Of a stretch of DNA of 26,682 bases, positions 6,868-17,229 are shown piece by piece (position 1 is the first letter of the stretch; the number at the start of each line of letters is the position of its first letter). The stretch lies in IMG/VR virus record IMGVR_UViG_3300045557_000057, positions 1-26,682 of that record; one strand, given 5' to 3'. The position numbers were made by a program, and so were the translations under genes. Origin of the DNA: a virus. Taxonomy: Duplodnaviria > Caudoviricetes. The notes under the pieces were generated by a model. The model did no database searches. It was given only the letters and a program-made list of their open reading frames with translations, and had not been told where the DNA came from.

Positions 6868-8031
6868 ATGACTCCTGATGAGTTTGAACGGCTTCCAAAG
6901 CCAATAGAGCGTATCATGACAATCATGGAATTGTCTATCATGGCGGAGATTGTGGAGCGCATAGAAAACTCCGGATTAATTACTCCGCTCATTGACTGGA
7001 CAATCGGGCGTATGGCTGCCATAGGTAAAAGCAAGGCCAGGATTAAGAAAATAATCAGAGATACGCTGAGAGATAGTGACCTACAGATAGATAAAATCTA
7101 CGAACATGCAATTAAAGCTGATTATGTAACGAACAAGGAGCTTTATCAGGCCGTAGGAAAGGATTATATCCCGTATCAGGAGAATAAATGGCTGCAGCAA
7201 GTTGTATCGGCAATAAAAGCGCAGACAAAGGACAGTCTGCGTCCCATGGAGAATATTACACAAACCACAGGTTTTAATGTGATGGTAGGTAAGAAAAGAG
7301 TATTCACACCCCTTTCTGAATATCTGGAAAGAACGCTGGATAAAGCCATGATGGAGATTACAACGGGGGTTAAGACATACAGCCAGGCCATTAATGGAGT
7401 GATTGACGAAATGACTTCCAGTGGTTTGCGTACTGTTGATTATGCTTCTGGTAGATCGGATCGTGTGGAGGTAGCCGCCAGGCGTGCTGTTATGACTGGG
7501 GTAGCCCAGCTGACCGATAAAGTCAATGAAAATAACGCCAAGGAGTTGAATACTGACTATTGGGAAGTAGAATGGCACATGGGAGCCAGAAATACAGGTA
7601 CAGGATTTATGAATCATCAAAGCTGGCAGGGTAAGGTGTACAGTTCGGAAGAGATGCGAACTGTCTGTGGCTTGGGTGAAATGTTAGGATTTGCTGGAAT
7701 CAACTGCTACCATATTCGCTTTGCATTTATTCCTGGTATTTCAAAGCGCAAGTATACTGATGAATGGCTTAAAGAGCAGAATCGTAAGGAGAATATGAAA
7801 AAATCCTTTAACGGTAAAGAATATGATACCTACGGTGCATTACAGTATCAGCGTAAGCTTGAAAGAACCATAAGGAAACAGAAGCAAGATATAAAGCTGA
7901 TGGGAAAGGCGAAATCAGATAAAGATGAGATCACAGCGGCGAAGAGCAGAAGAAGATTAACTGAAAAGACCTATGCGGATTTTTCAAAAGCCATGGGTTT
8001 GAGACAGCAAATGGAAAGGTTGAAAGTATGA
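6868..8031 (+). CDS. phage minor capsid protein
   Basis: EVAARRAVMTG, HMGAR..HQSWQGKVY, GINCYH and QRKLERTIRKQK motifs; follows the portal. Confidence 0.85.
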   Translation: MTPDEFERLPKPIERIMTIMELSIMAEIVERIENSGLITPLIDWTIGRMAAIGKSKARIKKIIRDTLRDSDLQIDKIYEHAIKADYVTNKELYQAVGKDYIPYQENKWLQQVVSAIKAQTKDSLRPMENITQTTGFNVMVGKKRVFTPLSEYLERTLDKAMMEITTGVKTYSQAINGVIDEMTSSGLRTVDYASGRSDRVEVAARRAVMTGVAQLTDKVNENNAKELNTDYWEVEWHMGARNTGTGFMNHQSWQGKVYSSEEMRTVCGLGEMLGFAGINCYHIRFAFIPGISKRKYTDEWLKEQNRKENMKKSFNGKEYDTYGALQYQRKLERTIRKQKQDIKLMGKAKSDKDEITAAKSRRRLTEKTYADFSKAMGLRQQMERLKV

Positions 8032-8339
8032 TAACTATAACTTTTACTAATAAAGATGGTGAGTGCAATGGATTTACTGCCTATGGTCACGCAGGTTATG
8101 CCGAAATTGGAAAGGACATTGTATGCGCCGCTGTTTCCGCATTAGTTCAAGGTACTATTGCAGCAATCAATAATATGACCATTTGCGAGACGGAAGTGTC
8201 AAAAAATATAATTGGTGGAATTCGTTTTCAGGTACAGGTTCCAGATATTACGACACAAACGCTACTTGCTGGGCTAGAAATTGCATTAAATGAATTACTT
8301 GAAGATTATGGAGCTTATTTAGAAGTGTGTCATGGATAA
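8028..8339 (+). CDS. prp: Prp-family (ribosomal L27-processing) cysteine protease
   Basis: GHAGY (catalytic His) and DIVCAAVSAL (catalytic Cys) signature; 103 aa. Confidence 0.9.
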   Translation: MITITFTNKDGECNGFTAYGHAGYAEIGKDIVCAAVSALVQGTIAAINNMTICETEVSKNIIGGIRFQVQVPDITTQTLLAGLEIALNELLEDYGAYLEVCHG

Positions 8340-8419
8340 CATGGCACTTTTATTATGTCCAAAACGTGATGACGCAAAAAGCACCGGAAAAGTTAACGCA
8401 CTTAAAACGGAGGGAAATC

Positions 8420-8995
8420 ATGTATAAGAGAATAAACTTACAGCTTTTCGCAGACGGCGGCGAAGGCGGCTCTGGAACACAGAGTACAACAGCTGGATCG
8501 GGCGCAGGCGCTCAGAATGGAACCTATACTTACCAGCAGGCAGAAGAGATCGCAACGGCAAGGGCAGAACGGGCAGAGAAGGCGGCGTTAAAATCATTCT
8601 TTCAGCAACAGGGAATGAGTGAGGCAGAGGTCCAGCAGGCAATGGGTGATTATAAGGCCAATAAGGAAAAGAATAAGCCGGATGTTTCAGCGATTGAAAA
8701 AGAGAGAGACGAAGCAAATGAAGAACTGAACAACCTAAAAAACGAAAAGGTTATTTCAGGAATGAAGGTTAAGAGTGAGGATCTTGATTACGTCATGTAC
8801 AAGGTCAATAAGCTGGTTTCCGACAAGAAGGATTTTAAAACGGCTGCCGAAGAGTGGCTGAAAGAGAACCCAAGGTATAAAGAGGGCGGCGGGTATCGGG
8901 TTGTAACCAGTACAAACACCGGAAGCTCTGTTGAAACAGGTAATGGTAATGAAGCAATTAACAACATGATCCGAAGTTCATTCGGAAGGAAGTGA
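8420..8995 (+). CDS. capsid scaffolding protein
   Basis: GGAGGG RBS before ATG 8420; N-terminal INLQLFA Prp-type leader; coiled-coil composition; precedes the capsid gene. Confidence 0.82.
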   Translation: MYKRINLQLFADGGEGGSGTQSTTAGSGAGAQNGTYTYQQAEEIATARAERAEKAALKSFFQQQGMSEAEVQQAMGDYKANKEKNKPDVSAIEKERDEANEELNNLKNEKVISGMKVKSEDLDYVMYKVNKLVSDKKDFKTAAEEWLKENPRYKEGGGYRVVTSTNTGSSVETGNGNEAINNMIRSSFGRK

Positions 8996-9002
8996 GGAAT
9001 TT

Positions 9003-9992
9003 ATGAGAAAGAAACCAATTAATATTCAGATGTTTGCAGGAGATGTAAATATTATTGATCGATCAGGTGCGGATGCGCTGATTCCGGAGCAGGTAAGCAG
9101 AGAGATTATCCAGGGAGTAACAGAAGGGTCCGCCGTTCTTTCTATGGGGCGCAAGCTCCCTAACATGACATCGAACCGCACTGTTATGCCGGTACTTGAT
9201 ATGTTACCTGTTGCCTACTTTGTAAACGGTGATACAGGCACAAAACAGACCACAAAAATGATGTGGGATAAAAAGCGGATTTATGCCGAAGAGATCGCCG
9301 TCATCGTTCCGATCCCTGAGGCCGTTCTCGATGATGCTGACTATGATATTTGGGGTGAGGTAAGGCCTCGTCTGGTTGAAGCGTTCCATAAAAAGATTGA
9401 TGGTGCTATTTTATTTGGTGATGAAAAGCCCAGCAACTGGCGTAAAGACATTGTATCCACTGCAACAACAGCAGGCTCGGCGGTCACTGCAACAGCAAAC
9501 ATGTATAAAGACATTATGGGTACTAACGGGGTAATTGCCAAGATTGAAAAATCAGGCTATTTCCCAACTGGTCATATTGCTGATATCTCCATGCGCTCAG
9601 AATTAAGGGAGCTTGTTGACGGGAACAACCGTCCATTATTCAAGTCAGATATGCAGGGCAGCACCCAGTATTCTTTAGATGGAAACGCCATGACATTCCC
9701 TAGAAACGGCGCTTTTGATGTTACAAAGGCTAAGATGATTTCAGGAGATTTTTCACAGCTTGTCTACTCTATCCGACAGGATATCACATTCAAGATGTTT
9801 GACCAGGGTATTGTCCAGGATCCTGCCACAGGAGAAATCATTTATAACCTGATGCAGAATGACATGGTTGCCTTACGCGCGGTTATGCGTCTTGGCTGGG
9901 AGATTCCTAACCCGATCAATAGCCTGGAGCAGGATAAGACAAAGCGCTGTCCATTCTCTTTATATGTGCCGAAGGCTGGAACTGAAGGTTAA
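9003..9992 (+). CDS. major capsid protein (HK97 fold)
   Basis: ALIPEQVSREII, IAVIVPIPEAVLDDA, GDFSQ and QNDMVALRAVMRLG motifs; N-terminal INIQMFA leader. Confidence 0.9.
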   Translation: MRKKPINIQMFAGDVNIIDRSGADALIPEQVSREIIQGVTEGSAVLSMGRKLPNMTSNRTVMPVLDMLPVAYFVNGDTGTKQTTKMMWDKKRIYAEEIAVIVPIPEAVLDDADYDIWGEVRPRLVEAFHKKIDGAILFGDEKPSNWRKDIVSTATTAGSAVTATANMYKDIMGTNGVIAKIEKSGYFPTGHIADISMRSELRELVDGNNRPLFKSDMQGSTQYSLDGNAMTFPRNGAFDVTKAKMISGDFSQLVYSIRQDITFKMFDQGIVQDPATGEIIYNLMQNDMVALRAVMRLGWEIPNPINSLEQDKTKRCPFSLYVPKAGTEG

Positions 9993-10011
9993 GTAAAGGA
10001 GGCCGGAGCTG

Positions 10012-10386
10012 ATGAAAGTCTATGCTGATGATGCATTTTACAAAGGTACATATTTGCTTGGAAGGAAGCCGGTAATCAGCACCGGCTTTAGCTTCTATGC
10101 AAGGAGTGCCAGCCGGATTATGAACAGCCTGACATTTGGTAGGATTGATAAGCTGAATGACCTGACCGAAGATATCAAGATGTGCTGCTGTGAGATTGCA
10201 GAGCGTTGTTATACCAACGAGAAGGAACGCAAGGCGGCGGGTGGTAAAACTTCTGAAAAGAATGGTACCTATTCCGTAACCTATTCGGATAAGACCATTT
10301 CAGATTCGGAAATCAGTGCCTCAGACGCTTACCGGATCATGAATAAGTGGCTCAGCGAAACCGGGCTATTGTACAGGGGGATTTAA
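10012..10386 (+). CDS. head-tail connector/adaptor
   Basis: YAD..FY, IKMCCCEIAE, SEKNGTYSVTY and C-terminal TGLLYRG motifs; synteny. Confidence 0.78.
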   Translation: MKVYADDAFYKGTYLLGRKPVISTGFSFYARSASRIMNSLTFGRIDKLNDLTEDIKMCCCEIAERCYTNEKERKAAGGKTSEKNGTYSVTYSDKTISDSEISASDAYRIMNKWLSETGLLYRGI

Positions 10387-10387
10387 T

Positions 10388-10768
10388 ATGTTTACCAATG
10401 CAGACGCAACAATGTATTTGTGCAGCAAGGAAAACGGTGTAGATAAGTATACCAGGCTCCCGATTGAGGGCGTGTACTGGGAAGAAATAACCCAATCGAC
10501 CCTACTAAGGACAGGAGAAAGAAACTCTGCTTCTGTTCTCCTTGTAATTCCTCTGGAAAGTCTGGAATCTCCTGTTGAATTTACACCGGGTAAAGACATT
10601 GCTGTAAAGGGGATCATTGAAGATGAAATCGACAGCAGCTCACAGGCGGTCCTGTCAAAGTCTTTGACGGCATTTAAAGCAGCCCATAAGTTTATCACGA
10701 TAACAACAGCAGATGCAAAGCTGTATGGTAGTGAAGCAGTACAACATTATGAGCTTTCCAGCAAATAG
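10388..10768 (+). CDS. putative head closure protein
   Basis: Synteny, size and C-terminal H-Y-E-L beta strand. Confidence 0.6.
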   Translation: MFTNADATMYLCSKENGVDKYTRLPIEGVYWEEITQSTLLRTGERNSASVLLVIPLESLESPVEFTPGKDIAVKGIIEDEIDSSSQAVLSKSLTAFKAAHKFITITTADAKLYGSEAVQHYELSSK

Positions 10769-10779
10769 GAGGCGATAGA

Positions 10780-11199
10780 ATGAAAGTTGAACTTGATATG
10801 CTTCCAAAAGAGGAACTGTTAAAACGCCGTGGCCTGCAAGAGGGTGGCCCGGTACAGAAATTTATAGATAGTGAATCCATGCGGTATATGAGCGATTATA
10901 TGCCACGTAGACAGGCTGGAGAGCTGGAACATATGATGGTGCTTGGAACGGTGATAGGATCTGGACAAATTGATATACCAGGGCCATACGCTCATTACCT
11001 TCACGAAGGAATTCTATTTGTTTCACCGACAACCGGAAGCCCTTGGGCCAAGAAAGATGAAATAAAGATTCCAACGGGCCGGGAATTACAGTATACCGGT
11101 GCCCCAATGCGTGGAAAGAAGTTCTTTGACCGCATGGCGGCAGATCATAAGGACGATATCCTGGAAGGTGCGCAGGCAGTCGCAGATAGGGGGATTTGA
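10780..11199 (+). CDS. neck/'minor capsid' protein
   Basis: YMP...GEL, PYAHYLHEG and GKKFFDRM motifs; synteny. Confidence 0.7.
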   Translation: MKVELDMLPKEELLKRRGLQEGGPVQKFIDSESMRYMSDYMPRRQAGELEHMMVLGTVIGSGQIDIPGPYAHYLHEGILFVSPTTGSPWAKKDEIKIPTGRELQYTGAPMRGKKFFDRMAADHKDDILEGAQAVADRGI

Positions 11200-11657
11200 A
11201 TATGACTATCATTGATTTTATGAGAAAGAAACTATCAGAGTATCCAAAGATTCAAGAGTTCCTCGCAGGAGAGGAATTACATATTGATTTTACGGATCCT
11301 GATGCAACCAGTTACGGCCTTTCAAGTGCCGGTGATACCCTGGTGAAAGAAGATTTACTGGGTAACCAGCAGCGAAGACACAGTTTTGTGTTATACGCCG
11401 TTAACCAGTCATTTACAGATTATTGCAGGCTAGCAAACAGTAACTTTCTCCTAGAGCTTGGCTACTGGCTAGAAAGGCTTCCAGAAGAGGACGGGATTCA
11501 GGTAGATATCGGTGAAGAAATGCTAACTGGAATATTTTTGAAAGCAACAGCGGCCAATGCCATGGCTATGCAGCCCATGGGATCAACCGTGAACGATGGT
11601 GTACTGTACCAGATACAGATATACGCCAACTATGAAATAGAAATGGAGGAATTATAA
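11196..11657 (+). CDS. putative tail terminator protein
   Basis: Directly before the tail tube gene; C-terminal YQIQIYANY. The start may be ATG 11202. Confidence 0.62.
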   Translation: MNMTIIDFMRKKLSEYPKIQEFLAGEELHIDFTDPDATSYGLSSAGDTLVKEDLLGNQQRRHSFVLYAVNQSFTDYCRLANSNFLLELGYWLERLPEEDGIQVDIGEEMLTGIFLKATAANAMAMQPMGSTVNDGVLYQIQIYANYEIEMEEL

Positions 11658-12163
11658 TGCCGGAAGTAGTAGGAAAGATTAAACGTCAGTTTATGGCACA
11701 TTACATTAATGCCGCAAAGCCTGGAGACCCTGCGGAGTATGAAAGGCTCGGAAAGGATCTTGAAGAATATAAAGTTGAGATGAACGCCAATGTTGATACC
11801 AAGAATAATATTTGGGGTGAAACGTCGGTAATACTTGACAGTTATCAGCCGCAGGTCAGCGTGGAACCGTACTATGCTGAGGTTGGTAGCCCACTATTTG
11901 AGAGGCTACAGGATATCATCGACAAGCGCCTGACGCTTGATGAATTAAAGACAAACGTTGTGGAGGTTCACACCTGGGAAAGCAAGATTGCGGGCAAATA
12001 TACGGCTTACAGAGAGGATGCTATTATTGAAGTAAGCAGCTACGGTGGAGATACCACTGGATATCAGATCCCATTCAATCTCCATCACACAGGAAATAGA
12101 ACGAAAGGAACTTTTGATCCTGCAACTAAAACATTTACTGCGGATTCTGGAACCGAAGAATAG
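11657..12163 (+). CDS. major tail tube protein
   Basis: YERLGKDLEE and SYGGDTTGYQIPFNLH..GNRTKGTF motifs; position before chaperones and tape measure. Confidence 0.75.
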   Translation: MPEVVGKIKRQFMAHYINAAKPGDPAEYERLGKDLEEYKVEMNANVDTKNNIWGETSVILDSYQPQVSVEPYYAEVGSPLFERLQDIIDKRLTLDELKTNVVEVHTWESKIAGKYTAYREDAIIEVSSYGGDTTGYQIPFNLHHTGNRTKGTFDPATKTFTADSGTEE

Positions 12164-12174
12164 GAGTGATATAG

Positions 12175-12618
12175 ATGAAGAGTCTTAAGTTTAACGAAGG
12201 TCTTGAAAGCTTTATGGTAAATGACGATCCGGGCAGGGTGATTTATTTTAACCCTGCAGATCCGGAAATCATAAACCGTCTGCTGAAAATGCAGAGTGAT
12301 TTCCAGGACTACAAGCCGGAAGAAGACATAGAACTGAAACCTGATGGAAGTCCGAAAGATGAGTTGGAAAAGGAAGCTGCCTATGTAGCGGAATTTACAA
12401 AGGCCATGAGAAAAGCCATCAACGATGTGTTCAATGCGGATATGTTTGATACCATCTTTAACGGGCAGTCACCGCTTTGCATTGTAGGTTCCAGAGGGAA
12501 GGAAAAGTACCTATTTGAGGAAGTTATTGATGCTATAATGGGGCTTATGGGACCGGCTATTGAGGCATATAACCGGAAATCAGAGAAGAAGATGAATAAG
12601 TATCTGGGAGATATTTGA
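12175..12618 (+). CDS. tail assembly chaperone
   Basis: IYFNPAD motif, acidic composition; lies between tail tube and tape measure. Confidence 0.65.
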   Translation: MKSLKFNEGLESFMVNDDPGRVIYFNPADPEIINRLLKMQSDFQDYKPEEDIELKPDGSPKDELEKEAAYVAEFTKAMRKAINDVFNADMFDTIFNGQSPLCIVGSRGKEKYLFEEVIDAIMGLMGPAIEAYNRKSEKKMNKYLGDI

Positions 12619-12620
12619 GA

Positions 12621-13184
12621 ATGATCGGCGTATTGCCAACCTGCCTAGGTATAAATGGAAATAATTACCCCATTGAAACCGATTATAGAAATATACTGAT
12701 TGCCTTGACTGCCTGTGCAGATCCGGAATATAACGACAAAGAAAGACTGTACATATTGATGAAGCGACTCTTCCGGGATAGTTTAAATGAAATCCCGGAA
12801 GATTGCATTACAGAGGCCGCAGAAAAGGTTAAATGGTTTGTTGACTGTGGTCATACGGCGGACGATAAAAAGCCTCCTATAAAAGTTATTGACTGGGAAC
12901 AGGATGAGCCTATTATTTTCCCGGCAATAAATAAATTAGCTCACAGAGAAGTAAGGTCTGCGGACTATATCCATTGGTGGACATTTATGGGTTACTTTAT
13001 GGAAATTGAGGATGGAACTTTTTCCATGGTTCTAGGGATTCGCCAGAAGATTGCAAAGGGGAAGAAGTTGGAGAAATGGGAAGAAGAATTTTATCGTAGC
13101 AACAAAGCTCTTTGCGATATCAAGGCCCGTTACACGCAGGAAGAACATGAAGAAATCGAATATTTAAATCAGATATTTGGATAG
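12621..13184 (+). CDS. Gp15-like (A118) tail assembly protein
   Basis: YPIETDYR, DWEQDEPIIF and HWWTFMGYF motifs. Confidence 0.78.
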   Translation: MIGVLPTCLGINGNNYPIETDYRNILIALTACADPEYNDKERLYILMKRLFRDSLNEIPEDCITEAAEKVKWFVDCGHTADDKKPPIKVIDWEQDEPIIFPAINKLAHREVRSADYIHWWTFMGYFMEIEDGTFSMVLGIRQKIAKGKKLEKWEEEFYRSNKALCDIKARYTQEEHEEIEYLNQIFG

Positions 13185-13229
13185 GCGCTGTGAAGCGTCT
13201 TATTTTATGCCCGGAAATGAGGTGAAAGC

Positions 13230-16200
13230 ATGGCTTTTGATGGGAGTCTTAAATTTGATACTAAGGTGGATACAAGCGGATTCGATGAAGGAAGTTCAAC
13301 GCTTAAAAATGCATTGGAAAAGCTTACCTCTACTATCGAAAGATTATCAGATAATATCACAAGATCTTTTCATGGAGCAGGTAAAGCGGCAGAGGGAGTT
13401 GGAAGCAGTGCAGAAAATACCGCCTCTCAGGTAGAAGAGATCGCGAAAGCTGCCAAGAAGGCCCAAGATGAAACTGCAGCACTTAAGGGGCAAATGGATG
13501 AAATCTCGGTGAGTCATGGCGAAAAAGCCACAGAGCCTATGGCAGAACCACGGGCTTCACATGCACCAGGAGAGTATCAGACATATGGAAACGAAGTCCA
13601 GGAATTTGTGGATAATTACGTGAAGAATATGGAAAAAGCTTCGGAATCCACCAATGAATTTAAGTCAGAAATCGAATCTCTCTCCGGGCAATTAAAGCAG
13701 ATGGAATCCCAAGGATTGTATTTTGGAGATGAAGAATATGACAATGCCTTCTTGAAACTTGCAAAGGTAAAACAAGCGCTGTCTGACTACAAAAAAGAAA
13801 TGTTAAGCCCAACTGAAATACCAGTCAAGTTCGACATGAACTCATTCGAGGGACAGAAACAACAGCTTAAAGCAAAACTCGCAGAATTAGGGAGTCAGGG
13901 AATATCTATTGGAAATCCAGATTATGATTCTACCTATGTAGCCCTTCAAAGGGTAATTCAGGCTGAAAACGAATACAAAAAGTCCTTGCTTAGTTCCAAT
14001 GAAGAAACAAGCAAGTTTTCTACTTGGATGAAAATAGCCGCGAACAGTGGACAGAAGCTTTTCGGTGTTGTGCAGAAACTTGGTGGTGCAGGATTCAAAA
14101 AGATTGGTAATGTTGCTAAGAAAGCGGCCGGCAGCCTCATGGATGTTGGAAAGTCTTTTCTGTTTGGGAAAAAACAGGCGGGAGGATTTCATCGTAGTCT
14201 TGGAGGAATCTTAAAACGTTTGATTTTGTTTTCGATTATTCGAAAGATTATCAGTGGAATTGCGACAGCCTTCAAGGAAGGAACGCAGAACTATGCCCAG
14301 TATTCCAGCAGCTTCAATTCTATTATGAGCTCCTTTGTTTCCACCTTGGATCAGTTAAAAAACAGTGTTGCAGCAGCTTTTTCACCAATTACATCAATAG
14401 TAGTTCCTATCTTAGACGTGCTGGCACAGAAATTGATTTACGTAATAAACCTGATCGGACAATTTTTAGCGGCTCTGTCTGGAAAAGGAATGTTTACAAA
14501 AGCGGTAAGGATTAATAAGGATTATGCTGATGGTCTGAAAAAGACAGGAGGAGCAGCAAAGAAGGCCGGAAAAGATATGAAGAAAGCCCTAGCTCCCTTT
14601 GATGAACTAAACCAGCTCCAACAGCAGGCAAATGATTCAAAAAGCAATGGGGCCGGTGGTGTGGATCCGTCCCAGATGTTTACTGAGTCTAAGATTGACA
14701 GTGAAATCAGTGATTTCGCAGGTCGTATTATGAAAGCTTTTAAGGCTGGAGATTTTGCAGCAATCGGTCAGATCATTGGAGAAAAGATAAACGACGAAGT
14801 TCAGAGATTCACCAATTTTATCAGCTGGGATAATGCTGGTGCAAAGATCACGGCTTTTGTCACCGATTTTACGGATTTATTCAACAGCCTTGTTAGAACA
14901 ATAGACTGGTATTCCATTGGAGTTATGATGGGGACAGGTACCAATACCCTGGTTAATACTCTATATTTGCTTATAACTCAGCTTGACTGGGGTCTTATTG
15001 GTGAAGCATTCGCCCTGGGATTGAACGGAACAATCGATACCATTGACTGGGCAAAGATCGGTCTTTTATTTGCAGCGGGCTTGAGTAGTTTATTTACTAT
15101 GGCTTCACACTTTGCTGAAACTTTTGACTGGACGGGATTCGGCAGTTCTATTGCATTAAGCCTCAGTACGTTTTTCCAAAACTTTGACTGGGCAGGAGCT
15201 GGGACAGCGGTCAGCGATATCGTAATAGGTTTATTAGATGCATTGATCACTTTTGTTGTAGAAACTGACTGGTGGGCATTCGGGGAAGGTGTTGCAACAT
15301 CTCTGGAAAATATAGACTGGGCCACGGTAGCAAACAGGCTGTTTATGGCAATCGGGGCAGTACTTGGCGGTATTGCTGCCTTTTTAGGTGGTTTAATATC
15401 AGATGGAGTAGAAGCCGCTCAGACATACTTCCAAAATAAGATTGAAGAGTGTGGAGGGAATGTAGCTCAGGGGATTCTAAAAGGAATTGGTGATGCACTT
15501 GTTGGAATTGGAGGCTGGATAAAAAAGAATATATTTGATCCATTTATCAATGGTTTTAAAGATGCATTTGGCATTCACAGTCCATCAACCGTCATGGCTG
15601 AAATGGGTAAATATCTTTGGGACGGGTTCTGCAACGGAATAAAGAACTTCTTCTCAAATCCAGGGGCATTCATAAAAGCCAATATCACCGATCCTTTTGT
15701 AAATGGAATTAAAGGTCTTCTTGGTATCCACAGCCCTTCTACAGTACTGAAAGAAATTGGTGGGTATACAGTTGATGGATTTAATCAGGGAGTAGAGAAC
15801 GGTCAAAGCAACTCACAGAGCATAGTTCAAAAATGGGCTTCCGGTATTTCAAACTGGTTTACCAGCAAGCTTGGCCTTTCAGGAAACAATTCAGATGAAT
15901 CAAAGAAATGGGCCACCGGTATCATATCCGGTTACAACAGTGCTATAAGCCAGGATTATACAAAATCCCAAAGTATAATGGAGACCTGGGCGGACGGCAT
16001 ACGGAAATGGTTCACCGGAGAAGGGGAAGGGAAAGGCGTAAATGAAGCAGCTTGGAAGAAATTTGCAGACCAGATAATCAATGCTTTTAAGGAGAAAATA
16101 CAGTCAGGATTTACCGATTCACGTGCGCCTATGGAATCATGGTCAGCAAATTTAAGAACATGGTTTTGGGGAGACTCTAACTATACTGGAACCGGTGGAC

Positions 16201-16799
16201 TATACAATGTGTTTTACATGATGGCTAAGCGTATCAATGAAGGGTTTGCAAACGGTATATCTGACTTTTCAAACCTGACAAAAGCAGCAATGACAAAGTG
16301 GGCGCAGGGTGCCATACAAGAAGCAAAGGAAGGACTTGACATCCATTCTCCGTCAAGAGAATCATACTCCATTGCAGAGTATTTTATCCAAGGATTTAAC
16401 AATGGTATCTCTGACATGGCAAAGTCTTCCGCAGGTGCGGTTAAGAGCTGGCTCGATGGTGTTAATAATGTACTTGATGGAGCCGATCTACAGCTTTCCA
16501 CCGGGATTAATATTCCAAACGCTGCCGCCTATCTGCCAAAGATGGCACAGGGTGTTATTGTTCCTCCAAGAGCAGGAGAGTACCAAGCGCTTAAAAACTC
16601 TGCGGAAGGGAACTCATTTTTAGAGGGCCTTTCAGCGCTCATTCGGCAATTGAAGTCTTCTGGCGGGCAGGGAACCGATTCTGGTGATGGTAACATAAAC
16701 CTTAATCTGTACCTTGGCGAGGATATAGTATACCAGACTGTGGTGAGCAAAAACCAACAGGTAGTAAGAAATACAGGAACTAATCCACTAATGGAGTAA
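13230..16799 (+). CDS. tail tape measure protein
   Basis: 1189 aa; N-terminal DGSLKFDTKVD; periodic xDW repeats; repeated (G/D)IHSPS motifs; Ala/Gly-rich helical composition. Confidence 0.9.
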   Translation: MAFDGSLKFDTKVDTSGFDEGSSTLKNALEKLTSTIERLSDNITRSFHGAGKAAEGVGSSAENTASQVEEIAKAAKKAQDETAALKGQMDEISVSHGEKATEPMAEPRASHAPGEYQTYGNEVQEFVDNYVKNMEKASESTNEFKSEIESLSGQLKQMESQGLYFGDEEYDNAFLKLAKVKQALSDYKKEMLSPTEIPVKFDMNSFEGQKQQLKAKLAELGSQGISIGNPDYDSTYVALQRVIQAENEYKKSLLSSNEETSKFSTWMKIAANSGQKLFGVVQKLGGAGFKKIGNVAKKAAGSLMDVGKSFLFGKKQAGGFHRSLGGILKRLILFSIIRKIISGIATAFKEGTQNYAQYSSSFNSIMSSFVSTLDQLKNSVAAAFSPITSIVVPILDVLAQKLIYVINLIGQFLAALSGKGMFTKAVRINKDYADGLKKTGGAAKKAGKDMKKALAPFDELNQLQQQANDSKSNGAGGVDPSQMFTESKIDSEISDFAGRIMKAFKAGDFAAIGQIIGEKINDEVQRFTNFISWDNAGAKITAFVTDFTDLFNSLVRTIDWYSIGVMMGTGTNTLVNTLYLLITQLDWGLIGEAFALGLNGTIDTIDWAKIGLLFAAGLSSLFTMASHFAETFDWTGFGSSIALSLSTFFQNFDWAGAGTAVSDIVIGLLDALITFVVETDWWAFGEGVATSLENIDWATVANRLFMAIGAVLGGIAAFLGGLISDGVEAAQTYFQNKIEECGGNVAQGILKGIGDALVGIGGWIKKNIFDPFINGFKDAFGIHSPSTVMAEMGKYLWDGFCNGIKNFFSNPGAFIKANITDPFVNGIKGLLGIHSPSTVLKEIGGYTVDGFNQGVENGQSNSQSIVQKWASGISNWFTSKLGLSGNNSDESKKWATGIISGYNSAISQDYTKSQSIMETWADGIRKWFTGEGEGKGVNEAAWKKFADQIINAFKEKIQSGFTDSRAPMESWSANLRTWFWGDSNYTGTGGLYNVFYMMAKRINEGFANGISDFSNLTKAAMTKWAQGAIQEAKEGLDIHSPSRESYSIAEYFIQGFNNGISDMAKSSAGAVKSWLDGVNNVLDGADLQLSTGINIPNAAAYLPKMAQGVIVPPRAGEYQALKNSAEGNSFLEGLSALIRQLKSSGGQGTDSGDGNINLNLYLGEDIVYQTVVSKNQQVVRNTGTNPLME

Positions 16800-16811
16800 A
16801 GGAGGGAGAAT

Positions 16812-17219
16812 ATGGCATTTCAAGGCTGGTTGGTGAAGTTCGGGAATACAGTTCTCCCGAATAGCTACTTAGAAAAATATGATGAAACACCAAACCAAAG
16901 GCTGGAACTTGACGCCTACAGAGAATCAGCTACGGCAACGCTCAGGAGGACCACTTCTCCATACTTCAAATCAAAGATAGAAATACCTATTCGTAAACTG
17001 TATTATGGAGAAAAGATTGTTTTAAAGGCTATCGTGGATTCCGGAATCACCAATGCAGTAGAACGAAAGGTGAACCTTACATATTGGAATAGCGAGATCA
17101 TGGACTATGCAAGCGGAGAATTCTATATGCCAGATATCAAGTACACGATCAGCCATATAGACAGGAACCGGCTGAACATGGTCTATGATCCGTTTACTAT
17201 AACTTTGATAGAATATTAG
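16812..17219 (+). CDS. putative distal tail protein
   Basis: Immediately follows the tape measure; ends in FTITLIEY. Confidence 0.62.
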   Translation: MAFQGWLVKFGNTVLPNSYLEKYDETPNQRLELDAYRESATATLRRTTSPYFKSKIEIPIRKLYYGEKIVLKAIVDSGITNAVERKVNLTYWNSEIMDYASGEFYMPDIKYTISHIDRNRLNMVYDPFTITLIEY

Positions 17220-17229
17220 GAGGTGCAAG

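Noticed and set aside
8327-8419. Extended N-terminus of the scaffold ORF from the ORF track
   Set aside because: It overlaps a hairpin/leader. The strong RBS and Prp-type leader point to ATG 8420.
12590-12630. Programmed -1 frameshift between the tail chaperone genes
   Set aside because: No XXXYYYZ slippery heptamer is visible and the downstream gene has its own RBS and ATG.
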